Shown here: one piece after another, positions 1 to 5,798 of the stretch | Layout: every line of letters begins with the position of its first letter | Position numbering within the stretch: position 1 is the stretch's first letter | NCBI GenBank assembly: GCA_945861645.1 | Contig: CAMAVZ010000052.1 | Location: forward strand, 1-12,348 | DNA: 12,348 nt | Origin: Opitutus sp. GAS368 | GTDB taxonomy: Bacteria; Verrucomicrobiota; Verrucomicrobiia; Opitutales; Opitutaceae | Direction of reading: 5' to 3' | Notes under the pieces: generated by a model | What the model saw: the letters and a program-made list of their open reading frames with translations, nothing else | Database searches by the model: none | Told to the model about the DNA's origin: nothing | Program-made: the position numbers and the translations under genes

Positions 1-1623
1 GCAACGATGTTCGGCACTCCGCGATATATGGCCGCAACGCACTTGTGCCGGTACCCTTTGCCGGCCTGAGAAGCGTCGGCCTCAGCAATGTCGATGGGGA
101 GAGGAGCTTTCAACCATCCGCCAAATTTGAGAGCAGGGCCAATCAATGACGCGACCGCCCGCGAACGGTCACCCGGCGTGGGAAAGTCGAAATCTACGAT
201 TAGATCCCCAATATCGCGCACAGCGTCGGGTAGGGAGACATCGGGAGGAGTGACGCCACCCGTGATGTAGACTCCTCCATTTTCCGAATGCCACCCGGGG
301 CCGAGGACATGGCCGCCGGTTGCGTCTTTCACGTAAACCGGACAGGCGGACAGGAGGGTGACGTTCGGCAACATATCCCCAGCGCACTCGCAAGCGAGCA
401 GAGCCTTAGCCGTCTCCTCGGGACAGATCGTCGGCTTTAGCACCGGCTCGGTGCGCAAGCCAGACCGCCAGACAAAGAGCGAACCGTATTTTTCCATCAA
501 GCTGCGAAACTTCGTCGGTGAGACTAGGTTGAATCTGTGATAGCCGGTCTCGGGCTCTTCGACGATTTCATACACCCCAGCCCCTCGGTAAAAGAGTTCT
601 TTCGATGGGGCGATGAGGGTGAAGAGTACTTGGGCGGCGGTTCTGATCGACACACTGCCACCGGGCAGAATGATCATTGAATCACTGGAGGGAATCTCGC
701 CTTGTTTCGCGTAAAAGATGAGGGTTCCGATCTTCACGTCGTCGAGTCGATGCTTATATTTTTCCAAATATTCGCCCGGATTTTCTTCAGGACTCCACTC
801 GCTCAGAACCTCGAACCCGTCCTCGTAGGAGAGTTCGGAAAAGACGGCTGACGAAATTCGCAGCCATTTATCATAATCGGGTCGCGCAGGGATGCTGGCC
901 AGCATCCGCCGCACGTCCCCCTTGCTGACGTCTCCGAAAGCCTCCAGCATCGGCATGAGGGCATCGTTTCCGCTAAGCTGCTTTCCTCCTGCGGCGAGAT
1001 TGACCGTAGCGGTATCAGCAATTCTTGGGCGGGGCGAAGACTTTCTGTCGGAGACGAGCGTCAAGACCTCCGCCATCTTCTCATAATTCAGTTTTTTTGC
1101 TTCAAGATTTTGAAAAAGTTTTGGGTCATACGAAACAAAACAGAGCCTGCAAACATCCTTGCAGGCTTTATCGATTTTTACCCCGAAAGTTTTTAAGAAA
1201 TACCGCTCTGTTGCCGTGAAGGATTCGAGGTGCTCGCGCTCAGGATCGATTCGGAGGAGAACCTTGAGTCCAGTCCCGCTGGGTGAGACAAAAACTGCCA
1301 GTGCGTGGGGGTCGCGCTGAATTTTGACGCGAACAGCTTCGATATTTTCGACTTTATCAAGGTCCGCACAAATTAAACCGGATTTAGCCTTTAGCCCTTT
1401 AGCACTCCGCTTACTGAAGAGTCCGGAAAACATGATACCGGGTAGCCTCTCTTTAAGTTCAGCGGCTTCATTCGTTGCAGAGTTGAGCGAATTGCGAATT
1501 TTTTCGACCTCAGCTTTATACCGCCCCCCCCTGAATGTCCCTCAAAACATCCTGCAAGTGGATGGTTTTGGCATCGACCGATTTAGCGTGCTGGACCCAC
1601 GAAATTTCTGGGTTGAAAGTCAT
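1..1623 (-). CDS. Primase-helicase replication protein (BT4734/VirE_N-like prim-pol + PriCT-2 + P-loop NTPase), 3'-partial, with a +1 frameshift in a G8 run at 1524-1531
   Basis: Manual translation. ATG at 1623 overlaps the xis stop (ATGA) and has GGAGG upstream. The first frame reads MTFNPEISWV...DIQGGAV* (TAA 1518-1516). The shifted frame is open from 1541 to position 1 and contains LKERLPGIMFSGLF, SGLICADLD (DxD 1364-1356), FVSPSGTGLKV (SPSGTGLK 1286-1263), DKACKDVCRLCFVSYDP (1172-1122), PDYDKWLRISSAV...EWS...GTLIFYAKQG (~900-699, PriCT-2-like) and EADASQAGKG (83-54, Walker A-like). Confidence 0.85.
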
Positions 1624-1850
1624 GGTAGGCGCCCCTCCATGGCTTTTAGGCATTCTAAAACCGTTTCTCGCTTAAACCGAATGGCGCGACCTAGTCGAAT
1701 CGGCCGGAGTAGCCCTCGCGTCGTTAGATTTTCAAGATGCTTTGCACTACAGCGCAAAATCTTCGAGAGTTCACTTTTTGTTGAGAAAAGGGGAAAGTCT
1801 CTTTGGTCGTCCCCTCGGGTTGCCGCTGTTTCGCTTGGTTTTCGTTCCAT
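1620..1850 (-). CDS. Excisionase/AlpA-like winged-HTH DNA-binding protein (HTH_17-type)
   Basis: STKSELSKILRCSAKHLENLTTRGLLRPIRLGRAIRFKRETV has the Xis/MerR-like HTH plus wing pattern. Small, basic, and lies between int and the primase. ATG 1850 is preferred over the ORF-track start at 1859. Confidence 0.85.
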   Translation of the reverse strand: MERKPSETAATRGDDQRDFPLFSTKSELSKILRCSAKHLENLTTRGLLRPIRLGRAIRFKRETVLECLKAMEGRLP

Positions 1851-1914
1851 ACGCAACACCTGGGGTTACCAAGTGGCGCCTACCAGAATTTTAAAAAAGT
1901 GAACTGGTTTTAGC

Positions 1915-2520
1915 TCAAAACAGCAGGTTTAAAGGGTAAAGTGAACGGGTCGCTTTAGGCAATGAGTCGCGGCTAACTGCCCGATATTTCTTCAGAATTT
2001 CTCGTAGGGCTCGAATATTTTTTGATGCTTTAATGGATTCGGTCGCGGTCCAGTAACGTTCAGCAAATTTTATCCGTTGCTCTTTCGGCATTTTTTTTAG
2101 GCGTAATTTTAATAAAAATAGCATCACCTCGAATGGGTAAATATTGTCGCTGCCTACTATTTTTTTAGATTTAGCGAATTTTTTAGTGAGGGTCCAGAAT
2201 CGGGTACGCCCGTAGCCAAATTCGTCGCGTAATTCACTGCCACTATACCACGACCGCAAGGTATCGACACCTTGAAATACGTCTGGGCGATAGAAGGATT
2301 CCATCTGTTTAGTCTTTGGGCCCGTTTCTAGAATAAAACGCGGGTCCAATCCATTGGCGTGCCACTTGATACGTTTACTGCTTTTTTTCTGGGGCCTCTT
2401 TATAACGCCCGATCTAATGGCACGCATGACGTTTACCCATGAAATATAATCCTCCCAGCTCGAACATTCGCTGTCTCGGTAAGCGGCGTATTCTTTATCC
2501 GTTAAATTGTTCGGTAGCAT
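1915..2520 (-). CDS. Hypothetical 201-aa basic protein with a possible internal HTH
   Basis: Its ATG directly abuts the integrase stop (0-bp gap). K/R-rich and AT-rich. Residues ~91-130 (WYSGSELRDEFGYGRTRFWTLTKK...IVGSDNIY) resemble a winged HTH. Confidence 0.7.
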   Translation of the reverse strand: MLPNNLTDKEYAAYRDSECSSWEDYISWVNVMRAIRSGVIKRPQKKSSKRIKWHANGLDPRFILETGPKTKQMESFYRPDVFQGVDTLRSWYSGSELRDEFGYGRTRFWTLTKKFAKSKKIVGSDNIYPFEVMLFLLKLRLKKMPKEQRIKFAERYWTATESIKASKNIRALREILKKYRAVSRDSLPKATRSLYPLNLLF

Positions 2521-3807
2521 CTAGGCGGTCTTCTTTGTCGAGGAAGTGAAAGGTAGTTTTTGTCCGATGCTTCCCACGTTGGATGGCGTCAATTTAAAAT
2601 ATTCCTGGGCATTTGCCTCCGTTACTTTCGCATTTCGGTAGCACTTTAAAAAAGTGGGCTTTGTATTGTGCCCCATCTGCTCCTGCACCCAGCTAGGTCC
2701 ACGCAGCTTGCAACCATAGGAGCCAAACGAATGCCGTTTTGAATTTTTGTGCGTTAAATTATAATTTTGAAACCCCGCTAGTTTGTGAAGACGTGACATC
2801 CGGTCCTTGTATTTATCTGGCGCAACTCTGCCGGTGCGGTCTTTTCGCAGCAGTAAAAACTCGATCGCGTTGTCCGGGATATCCGCGGTCCGCCAATCTC
2901 CGTCGCGACGATTTTTTCCGACCGCGGGTGAAATATCGACCGTACGGTTTTCAAGATTGATATCGCCCCAAGTTAGCCGGTTAACTTCTTCGGTCCTGAG
3001 ACCCCCTACAAAAAGTTGGAGCGTAATGGCGGGCAAGAGGTCCAGTTGTTTGGCCACAAGAGCAGCCTTCAGTAAACGCTTGGTTTCTTCGATGCTAAGG
3101 ATGCATGGCGGTTTCCATTCGATAACGGGCAACTCGATTAGTGCCGATGGATCATCCGCTCGAAATTGATGAGCCAGGGCATAGGCGAAAAATTGTTTCG
3201 CGTAGCGGATGTAGTTGCGAAGATTTCGCCCTTTGTGCCCGGCCGCCTCTAGCTGTTCGACCCACATGCGCAGATCATCTCGGGTTATGGACTTCACCAG
3301 TTGCTCCTGCCCGAATTTTTCACCCAGTTGTTTAAAATTCCAGCGCAACGTGCGGAGCGAATCGGGACGAAGATTTTTACGTTCCTTTTCTTTCAGAATT
3401 CGGTCGGTGAGCTGTGCGATCGAAACGTCTCCCGCGTGGGGGCGCAGGTGTTTGCGGGCCAATTGCGCTGCTTGCAGGAAACTTAAGTTCAACTCTTGTA
3501 AAATTGGCTTCGCCGCGGCCGCATCCTCTCGGTCAAGGTCGGACAACTTGAAAGCCCCTGGACCGTTATGGCGGTGGAGATCCCCTTTGCCTTCCGCATA
3601 GCTGACCGCGCTCTTCTGATCGGAAAACTGCTTCCGGAGCCTATTCTTGCCGGTAAGCTTAGCGGGGATTAGCACCTGCCAGCTGGACTGGAATACCTTG
3701 TACTCGGGCTGACCATGAGAATCCCGGCCGAGCCAGCGTCGGTTTACGACCTCTCGGACCTCGATGCCAATCCTCTCCCAGTGTGCTTTTCGTAGCGGTG
3801 CTCCCAT
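2521..3807 (-). CDS. int: Tyrosine recombinase / phage-type integrase
   Basis: Catalytic motifs GLR284TEE, GK311, N368-x-x-R371HSF, MGH393 and Y403 (numbered from the 441-aa ORF). Has an N-terminal arm-binding-like region (WQVLIP...RLRKQF...A) and a central SAM-like region. ATG 3807 is preferred over TTG 3846. Confidence 0.95.
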   Translation of the reverse strand: MGAPLRKAHWERIGIEVREVVNRRWLGRDSHGQPEYKVFQSSWQVLIPAKLTGKNRLRKQFSDQKSAVSYAEGKGDLHRHNGPGAFKLSDLDREDAAAAKPILQELNLSFLQAAQLARKHLRPHAGDVSIAQLTDRILKEKERKNLRPDSLRTLRWNFKQLGEKFGQEQLVKSITRDDLRMWVEQLEAAGHKGRNLRNYIRYAKQFFAYALAHQFRADDPSALIELPVIEWKPPCILSIEETKRLLKAALVAKQLDLLPAITLQLFVGGLRTEEVNRLTWGDINLENRTVDISPAVGKNRRDGDWRTADIPDNAIEFLLLRKDRTGRVAPDKYKDRMSRLHKLAGFQNYNLTHKNSKRHSFGSYGCKLRGPSWVQEQMGHNTKPTFLKCYRNAKVTEANAQEYFKLTPSNVGSIGQKLPFTSSTKKTA

Positions 3808-3848
3808 AAAGGCACGACTACGGCGAATCTCGCAGAATGCAACCAAAT

Positions 3849-3879
3849 TGGCAAGACTCTGGCAGGACTCTGACGGCTC
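3849..3879 (+). repeat. Tandem 11-bp direct repeats, candidate integrase arm-type sites
   Basis: TGGCAAGACTC (3849-3859) and TGGCAGGACTC (3860-3870) match at 10/11, followed by degenerate TGACGGCTC (3871-3879). They lie between int and the tRNA 3' end. Confidence 0.65.
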
Positions 3880-3892
3880 TACTATGAAAAAG

Positions 3893-3982
3893 TGGCGGAG
3901 AGAGAGGGATTCGAACCCTCGATAGAGTTTCCCCTATGCAGCTTTAGCAAAGCTGTGCCTTCAGCCACTCGGCCATCTCTCC
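3893..3982 (-). tRNA. tRNA-Ser(GCT), 90 nt, with encoded CCA
   Basis: Reverse complement is GGAGAGATGGCCGAGTGGCTGAAGGCACAGCTTTGCTAAAGCTGCATAGGGGAAACTCTATCGAGGGTTCGAATCCCTCTCTCTCCGCCA. It shows acceptor stem GGAGAGA/TCTCTCC, anticodon arm CAGCT-TTGCTAA-AGCTG, a long variable arm, TTCGAAT T-loop and discriminator G. Confidence 0.98.
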
Positions 3983-4036
3983 GGGGTGAGCGGTTAGCAA
4001 AGGCCCGCGAGGAGTGAGTGCAAGGCATTTTGCGGC

Positions 4037-4603
4037 TCATTTTCCGCCGTAGTACTTTGGCTTGAGTACCCCAATGCAGGGTAAATGACGGTAACGCTCG
4101 TTAAAATCGAGTCCGTACCCGACGACGAACTCATTCGGGATGCCGAAGCCGACATAATCGGCCTCGAAAGGCACCTCGCGCCGGGCCGTTTTGTCGAGCA
4201 GCACGCAAGTCTTCACCGAAGTAGCGCCTTTGCTCTTAATGAGTCGAGCCACCGCGGCGAGGGTCTTCCCCGTATCTAGAATATCATCGACGAGCAGGAC
4301 ATGCTGATCGCGCACATCCAGTTTCATTTGATCAACAATCCGAGGTTCGCCGACGGCCTTAGTCCCATCGTGGTAGCTGGAAGCGCGGAGGCAATCAAGG
4401 CGCAGCGGGATACTTAATTGTCGTAACAGGTCGGCGGTAAAAATGAGCGCGCCATTCACGATCGCTACCACCATCATGTCTTTGTCGGCGTAATCAGTGT
4501 TCAACTGGACGGCGAGGGCCGCGACCCGACGCTTAATTGCACTGGGGGTGACCAAAATATGGTCGAGATGCTTTAATTCAGGAGCCCCCTTTTTTGCAGA
4601 CAT
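4037..4603 (-). CDS. hpt: Hypoxanthine phosphoribosyltransferase
   Basis: PRPP-binding motif VLLVDDILDTGKTL, plus ASSY and EFVVGYGLDFNERYRHLP. ATG 4603 is preferred over the non-ATG start at 4624. Confidence 0.95.
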   Translation of the reverse strand: MSAKKGAPELKHLDHILVTPSAIKRRVAALAVQLNTDYADKDMMVVAIVNGALIFTADLLRQLSIPLRLDCLRASSYHDGTKAVGEPRIVDQMKLDVRDQHVLLVDDILDTGKTLAAVARLIKSKGATSVKTCVLLDKTARREVPFEADYVGFGIPNEFVVGYGLDFNERYRHLPCIGVLKPKYYGGK

Positions 4604-4713
4604 AAGGCCAGCAGAGCAAAACACCGGCCCAAGGCAATCGCAGGAATGCGGCGGGGCGTTTTTTTTTGACTTAACTGGAGCGCACCGGTTCCTTCGCGGG
4701 GACTTGTATCACC

Positions 4714-5787
4714 ATGATATCCATTCAGGTTAAGCAACTGACTAAACGATTCGGGAATGTTGTGGCCCTTGATCGGTTGGACCTGACCATCAAGCCAGGG
4801 GAGCTTTTTTTCCTGCTGGGTCCCAGTGGATGCGGCAAGACCACTTTACTCCGCAGTCTGGCCGGGTTTTGCGTTCCGGACCAAGGACAGATTTTTTTTG
4901 GCGAGGACGATGTTACTCAGTTGGCGCCGCATAAACGAAATACGGGCATGATGTTTCAAGGCTACGCGCTGTGGCCACACCTGACCGTCGCCGAAAATGT
5001 GGCTTTCGGGCTGGAGGAACGACATCTGCCTGCGCCGGAAATTAAGTCCCGGGTCGCGGCGGCGTTAGCGGCCGTGCACCTCGACGCGCAGGCGACACGC
5101 AAACCGAATGAGCTTTCGGGCGGACAACAACAGCGGGTGGCCTTGGCCCGAGCCCTCGTCGTTCGTCCCCGCTGTTTATTGCTGGATGAACCGTTATCTA
5201 ATTTAGATGCCAAATTGCGTTTGGAAATGCGGCGAGAAATCCGGCGAGTTTGCCAAGAGTATCAGCTTACGACCGTCTATGTTACGCACGATCAAAAGGA
5301 GGCTCTCTCCATTGCTGATCGTCTGGCGGTGCTCGAGCACGGCCGGATTTTGCAAATAGGAACGCCACAAGAAATTTACCGACGGCCGATCTCGCGGACG
5401 GTGGCCCATTTTATTGGCGAAACTAATTTTATCCCCGCTCACGTACTGACGATCGTTGATCAGCGGCTCACCGTGGCGACGGCGATTGGGAATTTTGAAG
5501 GCCTCTGGAGTGACTCGACGCAAGCACCCGTCGTCGGGGCGAGCGTTACGATTTCGATTCGACCGGAAGGTTGGGAACTCCGCGCACTGGCGGCTTCACA
5601 CAACTGCGTCTCGGGGCGCATCGGTGACTCGGTTTATCTCGGCGAAATTGCCCAGCATGAATTTATCACCGACGGTGGCCTCACGCTGAAAATATCTGAA
5701 CGTAATCCGCGTTTCACCGAGGGAACTAAGCGCCCTAAGCTTTACGCCACCGTTGATCCGGCTGACGTGGTGGTGTTAGTCGATTAA
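4714..5787 (+). CDS. ABC transporter ATP-binding protein (FbpC/PotA-like, C-terminal TOBE domain)
   Basis: Walker A GPSGCGKTT, Q-loop MMFQGYALWPH, signature LSGGQQQR, Walker B LLLDEPLSNLD and H-loop VTHDQ. Confidence 0.93.
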   Translation: MISIQVKQLTKRFGNVVALDRLDLTIKPGELFFLLGPSGCGKTTLLRSLAGFCVPDQGQIFFGEDDVTQLAPHKRNTGMMFQGYALWPHLTVAENVAFGLEERHLPAPEIKSRVAAALAAVHLDAQATRKPNELSGGQQQRVALARALVVRPRCLLLDEPLSNLDAKLRLEMRREIRRVCQEYQLTTVYVTHDQKEALSIADRLAVLEHGRILQIGTPQEIYRRPISRTVAHFIGETNFIPAHVLTIVDQRLTVATAIGNFEGLWSDSTQAPVVGASVTISIRPEGWELRALAASHNCVSGRIGDSVYLGEIAQHEFITDGGLTLKISERNPRFTEGTKRPKLYATVDPADVVVLVD

Positions 5788-5798
5788 TCGAGGCGGGT

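Larger units (their letters stand above)
1..3892 (-). mobile_element. tRNA-Ser-integrated element (satellite/PICI-like or small integrative element); the left end lies outside the window
   Basis: A tyrosine integrase starts just after the tRNA 3' end and is followed by an Xis-like HTH and a primase-helicase, all co-oriented. Tandem 11-bp repeats lie next to the tRNA. Parts are AT-richer than the housekeeping side. The distal att copy is not visible. Confidence 0.85.

Noticed and set aside
88-1219. Six short ORFs (60-74 aa) on both strands
   Set aside because: All are shadows or out-of-frame overlaps of the long minus-strand primase-helicase frame.
1151-1558. Similar AAACATCC(T)TGCA sequences near 1151 and 1546
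   Set aside because: Both are coding (KDV/QDV codons) and 400 bp apart, so coincidence is likely.
1324-1902. 192-aa plus-strand ORF
   Set aside because: It is antisense to xis and the primase N-terminus, has a TTG start and is S/R-rich with no motifs. The minus strand carries the recognisable domains.
2739-3601. Plus-strand ORFs within the integrase
   Set aside because: Antisense shadows of a well-supported gene with no recognisable motifs.
3849-3879. Tandem repeats considered as a CRISPR array
   Set aside because: The units are only 11 bp, there are no spacers and no cas genes.
4646-4671. GC-rich stretch plus T9 considered as an intrinsic terminator
   Set aside because: No convincing stem lies directly before the T-run and it sits between divergent genes. 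It is more likely promoter sequence (TTGACT at 4666-4671), but no clear -10 was found.
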